64,000 nucleotides of DNA from Mobula hypostoma (taxonomy: Eukaryota): contig NC_086101.1 of the NCBI RefSeq assembly GCF_963921235.1, positions 8,248,001 to 8,312,000 of the forward strand. The letters run 5' to 3'. Positions 1-13,579 of the stretch are shown here, piece after piece; within the stretch, counting starts at the first letter, position 1; each line of letters begins with the position of its first letter. The notes under the pieces are model-generated. The model was not told the origin of the DNA. It worked only from the letters and a program-made list of their open reading frames with translations, and made no database searches. The translations under genes and the position numbers were made by a program.

Positions 1-262
1 CACCAGCAGGCACAGGAAGAGCTTCTTCCCTGAGGCTGTGACCCTGCTGAACCTCACATCACAGCGCTGAGCAGTATTGCATCCATATTGTACTGTCTCA
101 GTACTTTTATATTTGTATGCTGTAGCATTTACTTTTTATTCGCAGTTGTTTTGTAAATAACGCTATTCTTTTGCACTTGTGGTTGGATGCTAATTGCGTT
201 TCATTGGCTTTGTATCTGTACTCAGCACAATGACAATAAAGTTGAATCTAATCTAATTTAAT
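1..262 (+). mobile_element. 3' end of Rex1/Babar-type LINE (runs off window start)
   Basis: TSRHRKSFFPEAVTLLN-type C-terminus, AATAAA then (AATCT)n tail; near-identical to 13109-13366. Confidence 0.8.
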
Positions 263-630
263 CATATCTCCCCTCAGAAACTGACACTCGAGAGGAAACC
301 ACCCAACTTTGTCTAATCTCTCTTTATATCTCATGCCCTCTAATCCAGGCAGATCCTGGTAAACCACTTCAGCACCCTCCCTAAATCTTCCACATCTTTC
401 CTAAATTGTGGCAACCAGAATTGAATTTAATACTCCAGACATAGTCTCCGTAGAGATTTATAACGTGATTAAAAATTTAAAAAAAGCTTTATATGTCAAA
501 CATACATTGAAGTGAAATGTGTCATTTGTGTCAAATCAAATGAACGAGGATTGTGCTGGGCAGACTTCAAGTCTCACCACGCTTCTGGCACCATTGTAGC
601 ATGCCAACAACTCACTAATCCTAACTATAG

Positions 631-1316
631 ATTAATTTAGATTATGAGGACACTTAATGCTCATTTATTGTCATTTAGAAATGCATGCATGTATTAAGAA
701 ATGATACAATGTTCCTCCGGAGTGATATCACAAAAAAAACCAGGACAAACCAAAGACTAACACCGACAAGACCACATAATTATAACATATAGTTACAGCA
801 GTGCAAAGCAATACCACAATTTGATAAAGAGCAGACCATGGGAACGGTTAAAAAAAAAGTCTCAAAGTTCCAATCGACTCCCAATAGTCCCCGATAGCAG
901 GCGGCAGAAGGGAGAAACTCTCCCTGCCAGAAACCTCCAGGCGCCGACAACTGTCGATGCATTGGAAGCACCCGACCACAGCTGACTCTGAGTCCGTCCG
1001 AAAACTTCGAGCCTCCGACCAGCCCTCCGACACCGAGCACCGAACACCATCTCTGCCGAGCGCTTCGACCCCATCCCGTCCGCCGAGCAACAAGCAAAGC
1101 CGAGGATTCGGGGCCTTCCCCTCCGGAGATTCCGGATCACACAGTAACAGCGGCAGCAAAACAGGCATTTCAGAAGTTCCTCCAGATGTTCCTCCGTTCT
1201 CTCACGTCTGTCTCCATCAAATCAGGATTGCGCACGGCACCCTACTTGACAGATTACAGATATCATTCACCGGAGTGGCCACGCAAGCTGTGATGTGCCG
1301 CCAGCTTCTCCTCCTC
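631..1316 (-). mobile_element. Non-autonomous ~680-bp LINE-derived element, family A, copy 1
   Basis: Reverse complement aligns by eye with 25828-26507; 3' tail (..cctcataatctaa) at 631-650. Overlapping ORFs are not protein-like. Confidence 0.75.
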
Positions 1317-2118
1317 CATGTGTGAATGACCAGAAATGCACCCCGAGTTTTCCTGCTCCACCCTGAACAGCGTTCTCATGTCCCTGCTCTTACATTCTAT
1401 GAGATGTGACCTAACCAGAGTTTTGTAACTTCCTGATCCTTGAACACAATGCCTTAACTAATAAGTTATCCCTTCTGCCAACATAATGTTCATATCCCAT
1501 TAATCTCTGCCCTTTCATGTGCCTAACAAAGAGCCTCTATCATATCTGCCTTCACCACCACCCCGGCATCACACTCCAGGCACTCTGTGAAAATATATCT
1601 GTTGTAATATTAACGCACCCTTCTCTTTTGAGCAAGACCGGCAACTTTTCAAACCACCAGAGGGAACTGCAAAACAATTTTATTTCTCTGTCTCTTTTTC
1701 CTTGTTTTGCCTTCAGTTTTATAAAGTTCCTAAAGAATCACCAAACATAAGAGAACTGAAGCCACATTTACTGTCAATTTCAGCTGCTCTGTCTAATCAG
1801 AAAATAACAGAGTCACTCCGCTTCAAAGCACACGGTCTGCTGTGCACACAAGGGATCCTGCAGATGCGCACACAAAATGCTGGAGGAACTCAGCAGGTCG
1901 GGCAGCATCAATGGAGAGGAAATAACCAGCCAAACTTTCAGGCCAAGTACTTGTTGGTCCGTTGTACTCCAAGTGGAGTTAATGGACAGCACAGTACAGG
2001 CCCTTCAGCCCACAATGTTGTGCTGATTTTTTAATCCTCCTGCGCAGTCCTCAATTTTTCTTGGATCTATGTATATGTCCTTAACATCTCTGCCTCTACC
2101 ACCACCCCTGGCGGGGTG

Positions 2119-3592
2119 GAGCAGCACCGTCATTCCTACGTGCTTCAAGGCCGCCACCATCGTCCCCGTGCCAAAGAAGTCTTCAGTGTCCTGCCTCAAC
2201 GACTACCGTCCCGTGGCACTCACATCCATCATCATGAAGTGTTTCAAGAAGTTCATTATGAGGCACATCAAGACCCTGCTGCCCCCCTCACTAGGCCCCC
2301 TGCAACCACTCAACCAACGACGCCATCGCCACCACCCTCCACTTGGCCCTCACCCACCTGGAGAAAAAAGACACGTACGTTTGAATGCTGTTCATAGACT
2401 TCAGTTCAGCGTTCAACACAATCATTCCTCAGAAACTGGTTGGAAAGCTGAAACTGCTGGGCCTGAACACTTCCTGACTGGGAGACCTCAGTCAGTCTGG
2501 ATCGGGAGCAGCATCTCCAACACCATCGCACTGAGCACGGGGGCCCCCCAGGGCTGTGTGCTCAGTCCACTGCTGTTCACTCTGCTGAACCACGACTGTG
2601 CTGCAAAACACAGCTCGAACCACATCATCAAGTTTGCCGATGACACGACCGTGGTGCGTCTCATCAGCAAGAATGATGAGTCAGCATACAGAGAGGGGGT
2701 GCAGCGGCTAACGGACTGGTACAGAGCCAACAATCTGAATCTGAATGTGAACAAAACAAAAGAGATGGTTGTTGACTTCAGGAGGACACGGAGGGACCAC
2801 TCTCCGCTGAACATCAACGACTCCTCCGTAGAGATCGTTAAGAGCACCAAATTTCTTGGTGTTCACCTGGTGGAGAATCTCACCTGGTCCCTCAACACCA
2901 GCTCCATAGCAAAGAAAGCCCAGCAGCGTCTCTACTTTCTGTGAAGGCTGAGAAAAGTCCATCTCCCACCACCCTACCATCCTTACCACATTCTACAGAG
3001 GTTGTATTGAGAGCATCCTGAGCAGCTGCATCACTGTCTGGTTCGGAAATTGCACCATCTTGGATCACAAGACCCTGCAGCGGATTGTGAGGTCAGCTGA
3101 GAAGATCATCGGAGTCTCTCTTCCCGCCATTACAGACGCTTACACCGCACGCTGCATCCGTAAAGCAAACAGCATTATGAAGGATCCCACACACCCCCTC
3201 ACACAAACTCTTCTCCCTCCTGCCACCTGGCAAAAGGTACCGAAGCATTCGGGCTCTCACAACCAGACTATGTAACAGTTTCTTCCCCCAAGCCATCAGA
3301 CTCCTCAATACCCAGAGCCTGGACTAACACCAACCTACTGCCCTCTACTGTGCCTATTGTCTTGTTTATTATTTATTGTAATACCTGCACTGTTTTGTGC
3401 ACTTCATGCAGTCCTGGGTAGGTCTGTAGTCTAGTGTGGTTTTTGTGTTGTTTTATGTAGTTCAGTGTAGTTTTTGTATTGTTTCATGTAGCACCGTGGT
3501 CCTGAAAAACGTTGTCTCGTTTTTACTGTATACTGTCCCAGCAGTTATGGTCGAAATGACAATAAAAAGTGACTTGACTTGACTTGACTTGA
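2119..3592 (+). mobile_element. 5'-truncated Rex1/Babar-clade LINE, reverse transcriptase pseudogene
   Basis: RT motifs [39 protein letters not shown]; frameshifts and deletions; AATAAA and (GACTT)n tail at 3561-3592; splits a minus-strand CR1 fragment (1985-2115 / 3593-3820). Confidence 0.9.
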
Positions 3593-4174
3593 TGCACCTA
3601 CCACTCTGCATAAAAAATTTACGTCTGCATTCCCAATATACTTTCCTTCAAAGAGCTTAATATTATTCCCTCTCGTATTAGCAATTTCCACCCTGACTCT
3701 GGCCATCCACTTGGTTTATGCCTCTTTTCAGCTTGTACACCTCTACCACATCACCTCTCATCCTCCGCTCCAAATGCCCTCGCTCTCTCAAACTATCCTC
3801 ATAAGACATGCTCCCTAATCCATTAGGTACATCGAAAATAAACACCTAACAGGTACTTAGCTAAAATAAATCTGTTCAAATTTTTTACTTTGTTATGGTG
3901 TTGCAGTGTAATTAAAATGACATTTAGCTTACAATTGAGTTATTTAATACTGCAGGCCACCGTGAATCATTTTTAAATACTGAACGTAAAAATTTATTGC
4001 AGCACATTTTATTCTTGCTTATAGGATATCCTAAATTGCATTACAGATGATGAAATGAAGCTGTCAGAGCAAGTTCAAGCCATTTGGCCACTGAACCCTG
4101 TTCTGGCAGGGAAACTCTACTCTTTGCCTCAGCTCCAGTTGGTATGAAGCTATGAGGAATAGGTTGAGCAAACT

Positions 4175-4684
4175 AGGTAACAGGGCAGTGAAAGCACAGA
4201 GGAACATCTGGAGAAATTTCTGAAACGCTTGTTCGCTGCTATCGTTACTCTTTCGGAGGGTAGGCCTCAAAATCCCCGGCCTTGCTTGCCTTTGGCGACT
4301 GAGAAGGAGGTCGAATCGTTTGGACAGAGATGGCACTCAGTGCTTGGTGTCGGAGAGCTGATCAGAGCTCGAAGTTTTCGGATGACCTAGAGTCGGATTG
4401 TAGTCGGCATGACAGGGAGAGTTTTTCTTCCTTCTCCTGTCTGCGTGAGATGTGGAACATTTGAGAGACTTTGAACTTTACTGTGCTCATGGACTTCTTC
4501 ATCAAGTTATGGTATTGTTGCACTGTTGTAACTATATGTTATAATTATGTGGTTTTGTCAGTTTTTTCAGTCTTGGTCTGTCCTGTGTTTTGTGATATCA
4601 CACTGGAGGAAATATTGTATCATTTCTTAATGCATGCATTACTAAATGACCATAAAAGAGGACTACGTGTCTTCATAATCTAAA
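4175..4684 (+). mobile_element. Family A non-autonomous element, copy 2 (5'-truncated)
   Basis: Matches reverse complement of 30737-31260; ends gaggactacgtgtcttcataatctaa. Confidence 0.75.
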
Positions 4685-4969
4685 CTCCCATAACCCTGGG
4701 AGTTCAGTTTCTGAGGCCGACATGAGAGCACCCTGCAGGAGGGTGAACCCAAGGAAAACATCTGCCCCAGACAGCATATCTGGTTGAATACTAAAGACCT
4801 GGGCTGATCAACTGGTTAAAGTTTACACTGGTATCTTTAACCTCTCACTTCAGCAGTCATCTGCTTCAAGCGCACAGCACAACCTGTGAACTCACTTTCT
4901 AGGACTCTGAATCTTAAGGTAGTATACGGCGACATATATGTGCTTTGATAATAAACTTACTTTGTACTC

Positions 4970-6170
4970 TAGAGGTGCAGAAGATGATAAGAGGCATGGA
5001 TCAAATGGACAGACAGAGACTTTTCCCCAGGGCAGCAAGAGCGAAGCCGAGAAGGCATACATTTAACGTAATTGGAGGAAAGCATAGGGGGTCGTCAGAG
5101 AAGGTTTCCCTCACAGAGAATGATGTGTGCGTAGAATGCAAAGATAGTTTCCTCTAGTGGTGTCTATGTTAGACTAATGTTTGAAGAGTTGACTGCCTTG
5201 ATCAAAAGAGATTTGCACAGGAGTTTTACAACACATGGCGTATATTTTCTTTTACACAGAGAGTGGTGGGTGCCAGGATTGTGCTGCCCCGGGGGGGGGG
5301 GGGGAGTGGTGGAGGCAGATACGATAGAAGCCTCCAGGAGATTCTTTATTACGCACATGAAAACGGAGAGAATAGCGGGATACGGACATTGCAGAAAAGT
5401 TGACTATTTTCTAAATGGAGAGAAAATTTAAAAATTTGAGATGCAAAGGGACTTGAAAGTCCTTCTGCAGGATTCCCTAAGGATTAATTTGCAGGTTGAA
5501 CCGCTGGTGAGAAAGGTAAATGTGATGTTAGCATTCATTTAAAGACGACTAGAATATAGAAGGAAGGATGTAATATTGGGGCTTTTTTAAAGCACTGCAC
5601 TGGAGAGGCCTTACAGAGTATTGTGAGCAGTTTTGGGCCCCTGATCTAAGAAAGGATGTGCTGACATTGGAGAGGGTTCAAAGGAGGTTCGCAAAAATGA
5701 TTCCAGGATTTAATAGATTGTCATATAAAGAGTGTTTAGGGGCTCTGGGCCAGTATTCACCAAAATTCAGAATAATGAGAGTGAACTCATTGAACTCTAT
5801 TGAATGGTGGAAGATCTTGATAGAGTTGATGTGGAGAGGATGTTTCCTATGGTGGGAGAGTCTAGAACCAGAGGATACAGCCTCAGAATAGAGGGGCGTC
5901 TTTTTAGAACGGAGATGAAGAGGAATTTCTTTAGCCTGAGAGTGGTGAATCTGTGGAATTCATTGCCGCAGGCAGCTGTAGAGGCCAAGCCTATATTTAA
6001 GGCAGAGTTTAATAGATTCTCGATTGGTCAGAGCATGAAGGGAGATGGGGGGAAGGCAGGAGATTGGAGCTGAGAGGGAAAATGGATCAGTCGTGATGAA
6101 ATGGTGGAGCAGACTAGATGGGCCAAATGGCCAAATTCTTCTCCTAAGTCTTTTGGCTTTATGGAATTAT
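4970..6170 (+). mobile_element. Cluster of CR1 (HER1-like) LINE 3' fragments
   Basis: LERVQRRFAKMIPG, RTRGYSLRIEG, RNFFSLRVVNLWNSLP are CR1 ORF2 C-terminal motifs; CR1 3' stem-loop tail near 6115-6165. Confidence 0.85.
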
Positions 6171-6934
6171 GATCAGAAGGGGTTACTTATAGTCGAGGCA
6201 TTGAGTTCAAATATCGGGAAGTTATAAAACTCTAGTTGAGCCACATCTGGAGTGCTGCATTTCAATTCTAGTCCCATCTTGGAAGAGTGTGGAAGCAGTG
6301 GAAGGTACAGAAGGGGTTCACTAGGATACTGCCTGGGTGAGAGGGCATCTGTTCTCGGGAGATCTCGGACAAATTTGATAAACACAAGAGATTCTGCAGA
6401 TACTCAAAGTTCAAAGTAAATTTACTACCCCAGCATATGTATGTACTGATACTACTCTGAGATTCATTTGCTTGCAGGTATTCGCAGAAGAAAGAGAAAC
6501 GTGATCAAATCAGTGAAAGACTACACGCTGGCAAGCACCATATGTGCAAATGAAGACAAATGGTGCAAATACACAAAAAATAGTAAATAAATAATACTGA
6601 GAACATGAGTTGCAGAGTCCTTGAAAGTGGACTTTCCAGCCATGTCCGTGCTGTAACATTGTTCTATGTTCCACTTTCCGCTTTCTTGTTTCCTTTTCTC
6701 CGGGTTCTCTCCGTCTGTCGGCTTTGAAAATATTTGATTACTGTTTTCTCTGGGGTTGGAAATTCCAAAGACTCATAACAATTAGGAAGTAGCTCCACCT
6801 CTTCTCCAAATTAAATAGATGACTTATTCGGAAACTATGACCTCCTGTTCTAAAATGCAACATTGGAGAAGGATGGGGGCATAGTGGTAGCACTGCTAAC
6901 TTAGAGCTTCAAGGACCCAGGCCCAGTCTGGAGG

Positions 6935-7240
6935 ACAGACACTTGGGGTCTATGAAGGGACAAGGCCTCTCCCTCCCCACTGCAGCAACTGAAGGGTTGG
7001 GCACCAATCTCAAAGGGGTAGGCAGGGAGCTCGAGTTACAGACACACAACCCAGACACTCACCTGACACCAGCTCGCTCACATCCCTCTTAGGAATCATA
7101 AGGATCTTTCTCTGCATGCCATGCAAAGCCCGTTCTCCTGAAGCAAACAGAGTTTTCCCAGTGCATCCCGAAAATAAAATCCTAGAAAGCTCTGGGGAAA
7201 TATAACATTTGCCACCTGCTCCAAAGTTATATATTTACAG
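6935..7240 (+). repeat. Dispersed ~300-bp LTR-like repeat, copy 1
   Basis: Colinear similarity to 17330-17650 (ggggtctat.aaggga, cacctgacac..gctc.ctcacatccctc, AATAAA, cctgctccaaa). Confidence 0.55.
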
Positions 7241-7676
7241 TACATCCTGTCCTTACTGATGGACAAGAGGTTGAGAGAAACATTGGCATCAACTAGAAGA
7301 CCTGTTGGCCATGGTTTAACAACTGTCCCCAGTATTTGGAGGGGTCAAACGGTCAGTTTAGAACCTGCACCGCAATCTCTTGTGGGGGAACTAAAGATAA
7401 ACAAGTTCCCGACTCAGACATGAGTCCTGCTGAGGGAGTTATGTTCCAACGGTAGATGGATGCCAATGCCAGTTTGCACCAGGTGCCTGCCCTGGCTCTG
7501 TGCCAATGTCTCGCTGACATTCATTACCCAACACCTTCTCTGATATTAACCAGCGGGGACCTGCGGTTTATCAGGAGATTGTAATTAGATCAAATGAATG
7601 GGTTATCCAGTAAATTAAATGTTTACAATTGAATTTCCTTGATTTTCAATTCCTGATGTCAATCTGTCCATCAGCA

Positions 7677-8855
7677 GAACATAGAACATAGAAATCTACA
7701 GCACATTACAGGCCCTTCAGCCCACAATGTTGTGCTGACCATATAACCTACTCTAGAAATTGCCTAGAATTTTCCTAGCGTTAAGCCCTCTATTTTTCTG
7801 AGCTCCATGTACCTATCTAAGAGGCTCTTAAAAGACGCTATTGTATCCACTTCTGCCACCACTGCCAGCAGTGCATTCCACGCACCCACCACTCTCTGTG
7901 TGAAAAACTTACTCCTGACATCCCCTCAGTACCTATTTCCAAGCACCTTAAAACTGTGCTGGGTTGTGTTAGCCATTTCAGCCCTGGGAAAAAGCCTCTG
8001 GCTATCCACATGATCAATGCCTCTCATCATCTTATACACCTCTGTCAGTTCAGCTCTCATCCTCCATCGCTCCAAGCAGAAAAGGACAAGTTCACTCAAC
8101 CTATTCAATTAAGGTACACTCTCCAGTCCAGGCAACGTCACTGTACTCTCTCGATAGTATCCGCAATCTCCCTGTAGTGAGGTGACCAGAACTGAACACA
8201 GGAAGAAGGGCCTAACTGAGGTTTTATATTGCTATAACATTATCTCACAGCTCTTGACCTCAATCCTAACACACCATACGCTTTCTTAACAACACCGTCA
8301 ACCTGCGCAGCAGCTTTGAGTGTCCTATGGACATAGACCCCGAGATCTCTCAGATCCTTCACACTGTCAAGAGCCTTACCATTAATATTATATTTGTCTT
8401 CAAATTTGACCTACCAAAATGAACCATTTCACACTTACCTGGGTTGAAGTCCATCTGCCACTTCTCAGCCCAGTTCTGCATCCTATCGATGTCCCACTGT
8501 AACCTCTGACAACCCTCCAGACTATTCACAACACCCCCAACCTTTGTGTCATCGACAAATTTATTAACCCACCCCTCTGCTTCTTCATCCAGGTCATTTA
8601 TAAAAACCACAAAGAGGAGGGGTCCCAGAACAGATCCCTGTGGAATATCACCCTCCATGTAGAACACAAACCATCTACAACCACTCTTTGCCTCCTGTGG
8701 GCAAGCAAATTCTGGATCCACAAAGCAAGGTCTCCTTGGATCCCATGACTCCTTACTTTCTGAAGGAGCCTTGCATGGGGAACCTTATCAAATACCTTAC
8801 TGAAATCCATATACACTACCTCCATTGTTCTACCTTCATCAATGTGTTTTGTCTT
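7677..8855 (-). mobile_element. CR1 LINE fragment (RT to 3' tail)
   Basis: YMDFSKVFDKVPH, IPQGSVLGPLLF, KFVDDTKVGG, WQMDFNPGKC; (TTCTATG)n tail at 7677-7695. Confidence 0.9.
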
Positions 8856-9038
8856 AAGCAGACTTAACCCTTTCAGTACCCATCACACTCCAGAATTTTA
8901 GAAGTTGTTCCAGCTTCTCCCACCTCTGCCATCAGATTTCTGAACAGCCCACAAACCCACTATTAGTTACTTTTTAGCTTATGAATATTTTTATGTCTTT
9001 CACTGTACTGCTGCCACAAAACAGCAAATTACACCACA

Positions 9039-9731
9039 TACACTCAGTGGCCACTTTATTAGGTACACTTGTACGCCTGCTCATTAATGTACTGTAAATA
9101 TCTAATCAGCTAATCGGCAACCCAACGCATAAAAGTATGCAGACCTGGTCAAGATGTTCTCGTTCAGACCAAATGGGGAAGAAATGTGATTAAACGGGCT
9201 TTGACCATGGAATGATTGTTGGTGCCAGACTGGGTGGTTTGAGGACAAACAAAATAAAATCTGCAGATGCTGGAAATCCGAGCAATACACACAAAATACT
9301 CAGGAGGCCAGGCAGCATCTATGGAAAAGAGTACAGTCGACATTTCCAGCTGAAAGCCTTTGGCAGGACTGGAGAAAAAAAGCTGAGGAGTAGGTTTGAG
9401 CATCTCAGAAACTGCAGGTATTTTGTGCACAACAGTCTCTAGAGTTTACAGACACTGGCAATGAAAACCAAAAAAAAATACAGTGAGTGGCAGTTCAGTG
9501 GGTGAAAAAGCTTTGTTAATTAGAGAGGTCAGAGGAGAATGGCCAGACGTCTGAGGAAGGTCACAGTAACTCAAATAATCACATGTTACAACAGCGGTGT
9601 GCAGAAGAGCATCTCTGAGTACATGACATGTCAAGCCTTGAAGTGGTTGGACTACAGCAGCAGAAGACTACAAACGTACATGCAGTGGCCTCTTTTTAGG
9701 TACAGAAAGTACCTAATAGAGCTGAGTGTAC
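9039..9731 (+). mobile_element. Tc1-type DNA transposon remnant (deleted transposase)
   Basis: TIR TACACTCAGTGGCCACTTTATTAGGTAC at left, degraded inverse at right; GMIVGAR.GGLS.SETA transposase N-terminus; interrupted at 9244-9392. Confidence 0.8.
9244..9392 (-). mobile_element. Penelope-derived short repeat inserted in Tc1 remnant
   Basis: tctgcagatgctggaaat..aggccaggcagcatct motif; flanked by 8-bp duplication GGTTTGAG (9236-9243, 9393-9400). Confidence 0.75.
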
Positions 9732-10097
9732 ATGAGTGATAAGAAATCTGATTCCAATTCAGAGATTGCCTGTTTCCAGTGGTCCTTGGGCATTGAGCTC
9801 CAGATTACCACCACTCCCCGTGTGAGCCTCTTGCCCCTTCTACACACTGCCTAAAATCTGTAAAATCTGTGGCACCAGCACTCCTCCTCCGCTCCCAAAC
9901 TGATGAACCTTGTACAAATGGGAACAGTTTCCTTCTCTTTATCACTGCCTGAACCAGACATGAGAGAGACAGAGAGAGAAAGCACAGAAACAGCGCCCCC
10001 ACCCCCCTCAAGCAAGCATCTTGGACCCATTTACACAGATCCCACATTAAACCGTTCTTTTATTCTCCTCACATTCCCATCAGCTTGCCTGGATTGA

Positions 10098-10645
10098 CAA
10101 AGGAGTTGGGATATTGTGTTGAAATTTAAAGGATGTCAGTGAGGCCTAATTTGGAATATTGTGTACAGTTTTGGTCACCTACCTACAGGGAGGATGAAAA
10201 TAAGATTGAAAGAGTGCAGAGAAAATTTACAAGGACATTGCTGGGACTTGAGGACCTGAGTTGTAGGGAAAGGTTGAATTGGCCTGGACTTTATTCCCTG
10301 GAACATAGAAGATTGAGGGGAGATCTGATAGAGGTATACAAAATTATGAAGAGTATAGATAGGGTAAACGAAAGCAGGCTTTTTTCATGGGTTAAGAATG
10401 AAAGATGAACAGTTTAAGAGGAACAGAGGGGGATCTTCTTTACTCAAAGGATGATAAGACTGTGGAACGAGCTGCCATCGCAAGTGGCGGAAGCAGGTTT
10501 GAATTCAACATTTAAATTTGGATATGTACCTGGGTGAGAAGGATATGGAGGACTCTCATCCAGGTGTAGGTTGATGGTTTTAGGCAGGTTAATGGTTTGG
10601 CACAGACTAGGTGGGTCAAAGTGGCTTTTTCTGTGCTACAGTGAC
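10098..10645 (+). mobile_element. CR1 LINE 3' fragment
   Basis: VRPNLEYCVQFWSP, IERVQRKFTR, RRLRGDLIEVYKIM. Confidence 0.9.
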
Positions 10646-10799
10646 TCTCTCACCCACACACTAGGGCAACACCTTGCACCGACCAATTAACATCCCGACC
10701 CACACATCCCAGGGACGTGGGTCAGAGGGCGAGCGCACACTTCACACACGTGAGGGCCCGGATTAAATCTATGGCATCTCCACAATGACGACTATGAAC

Positions 10800-11090
10800 C
10801 TTGGGGTGCCATTGGTGCTATTACAGCTCAAGGCGTTGGAGTTTGGAGTCAAATTCTGCCGTCCTCTATAAGCAAGTTTGTATATTCCTTCCTGTGTGCA
10901 TGTGGGTTTCTTCTGGGTCTTTCAGTTTCCGCCCACAGTCCAAAGATGTCCGGGTTGGTAGGTTAACTGGTTATTGTAAATTGTCCCGTGACCAGGTTAG
11001 GATTAAATCGGCCGGGGGGGGGGGGGGGGCAGCACGGCTCAATGGGTAGGAAAGGCCTATTCCACTTTGTATCTCAATAAATAAATAAAA
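10800..11090 (+). mobile_element. V-domain tRNA-type SINE (further copies near 12635-12940, 23760-24080, 26665-26880, 26930-27125 minus, 34785-35040, 36860-37230, 44570-44890)
   Basis: Core gtgggttt..tccggg..ctccagtttcctcccacagtccaaagatg..ggttggtaggttaa recurs in all copies; AATA-rich tail. Confidence 0.7.
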
Positions 11091-11664
11091 CACACATGAA
11101 CATCTGTGGGATGTGGGAGGAAATGCACAAGGAAAATGAGTAAACTCCACACAGATCAATCTGGTCCTCAGGCAGAGCGAGGCACTGACTCTACCGGCTG
11201 CACCAGTATGCCGAGATTCTCTTTTCTGTTCTCCAATTTGCTCAACCTTGGAGCTGACTAAACCTCCTTTCCATGGAGAAGAACAGTTAAACCAATGTTA
11301 CCACAGCAGATTACAGCTGGAACTGACCTTACAAATAATGCCCACAAGAGCTAACTCATCACTAATCATCCGATCGGTGAATCATTCGAGGTCGATATGG
11401 ATACATTTCTGTGCTACAAAGCCAACAAAGTGTTCAGTTCGGAAAGTGGAACCAAGGCCAAGTTCAGACCGTGTGATCCAGCTTCAAGAAACTGGAGTCT
11501 CACTTCAATTTTCGTCTTTTCAATCTGCCAACAACTTCCCGTGATTGTAAATATACAGTTTGGAGGAACAACACTTCATATTCCGCCTGGGTAGCCACCA
11601 ACCTGACCGCATGAGCACCATTTTTCTAAGCTGGTCACTTTCATCCTACCCCTTCCCTCTCCAG

Positions 11665-12100
11665 ACCATAAAACCAGAGTATATGGATGCAGAGTTAGGC
11701 CCTTCAGCCCATTGAGTGTACACTGCCATTCCATTTATTATCCTCTTCAAACACATTCTCCTGCCTTCCCCCCATAACGTTTGATGCCCTGATTAATCAA
11801 CAACTTACCAACCTCCACCTCAAATATACCCAACGACTTGGCCTTCACAGTCGTCTGTGGCAATGAATTCCACAGATTCACCACCCTCTGGCGAAAGAAG
11901 TTTGTTCTCTGTTCAAAATGGATGTCCCTCTATTCAGTGGCTGTGTCTTCTGGTCCTAGACATTCCCACCATAGGAAACATCCTCTCCAAATCCATCCTA
12001 TCTTGAGGAGCTGTCAATAGGTTTCAATGAGATCCCCTGTCATTCTTCTAAACTCCAGTGAGTACATGCCCAGAGCCATCAAGTACTGCTCATATATTAA
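11665..12100 (-). mobile_element. CR1 LINE 3' fragment
   Basis: Reverse complement of the same tail family as 5750-6170 and 29570-30130. Confidence 0.75.
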
Positions 12101-12104
12101 CTCT

Positions 12105-12450
12105 TTCCCCATTTCCTTTTCTTCCTGTCACCCCTTCTCTTCTTTTCACCTACCCCTCACCTCCCTCTGGTGCCCCTCCTCTTCCCCTTGCTCCCATGGT
12201 CCACTCTCCTCCCCTATCAGATTCCTTCTTCTTCAGCCCTTTACCTTTCCACCTATCACCTCCCAGCTTCTCACCTCATCCCCACCCTCCTGGCGTCACC
12301 TATTACCTTCTGGGTCGTACTGCTTCCCATCTTCCCCACCTCCTTATTCTGGCCTCTGCCCCTCCCTTTCCGGTCCCGATGAAACATTGACTGTTTATTC
12401 CCCTCCATGGATGCTGCCTGACCTGCTGAGTTTTTCCAGCATTTTGTAGG
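12105..12450 (+). mobile_element. Penelope pseudo-LTR fragment (pyrimidine-rich; hammerhead internally deleted)
   Basis: Similar to 58075-58450 and 61300-61670; hammerhead region collapsed to gtcccgatgaaacattgactg. Confidence 0.65.
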
Positions 12451-12949
12451 TCTCACTGATAATTTTAAATACATTGCCACAGAACTTTGCTGCATCTGTT
12501 CTGCACACAGTAAATAGGCTTACTTTTAGGAGAACTGATGTACAGAGGGATTATGGGGTGCCAGTCTAGACAGGGTGGTGGAGAACATGTGCTTGCCTTC
12601 ATCGCTCAGGGCATTGATTATAAAAGTTGGCATGCCATGACAGTGATGAGCACCACCATTAGTGTGACACTATCACAACTTGGGACATTTGGAGTTTGGC
12701 GTTCCATTCCAGCGCCCTCCTGGAAGGAGTTTATACATTCTTGTTGTGAACTGCTTGGGTTTTCTCCGGGTGCTCCGGTTCCTTCCCACAATCTAAAGGC
12801 ATACCAGGGTTGCTGATTGGTCATTGTAACCTGTCCCCTGATTAGGACAGAGTTAACCCGGCTTGTCAGGGGTTGCTGGGGCGATGTGGCACAAAGGGAC
12901 GAAAGAGCCTATTCCGTGCTGTATTGCTAAAATAAATAAAACCTTCACA

Positions 12950-13366
12950 AAGCAGATTATTGGCACCCAATTGCCCACCATTGACAGCATCTACCATAAA
13001 CACTGCCTGGGCAGGGCGAAAAGCATTATCAGGGATGCATCTCACCCTGACCATGGACTTTTTACTCTCCTCCCATCTGGTAGGCGCTACAGGAGCCTCC
13101 GCTCCCGCACCAGCAGGCATAGAAAGAGCTTCTTCCCTGAGGCTGTGACCCTGCTGAACCTCACATCACAGCACTAAGCAGTATTGCACCCATATTGTAC
13201 TGTCTCAGTACTTTTATATTTGTGTGCTGTAGCACTTACTTTTTATTCGCAGTTATTTTGTAATTAACACTATTCTTTGCATTTCTGGTCAGATGCTATC
13301 TGAATTTCATTGGCTTTGTATCTGTACTCAGCACAATGACAATAAAGTTGAATCTAATCTAATCTA
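12950..13366 (+). mobile_element. Rex1/Babar-type LINE 3' end
   Basis: IIGTQLPTI..HPDHGLFTLLPSGRRYRSLRSRTSRHRKSFFP; (AATCT)n tail. Confidence 0.85.
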
Positions 13367-13579
13367 CATAATTAGTGCAACTAAAATTGGCTGCATCTGC
13401 AACTGCTGATACTGCTAATGATAGGACAACACACCAGAAACAATTGGCACCAACAGGCAGGAAGCCATTCTGCTCTCCGGTGTTGTTTCTTATTATTTCC
13501 ACACAACTAAAAACATGATTGGATTTTAAATTTATATTATTGTATTTATATTAGTCTTAAACAAAATGCATAACTAATG

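Noticed and set aside
780..1325. Four overlapping 90-120 aa ORFs as genes
   Set aside because: Lie in a GC-rich multi-copy non-autonomous element; frames are not preserved among its copies.
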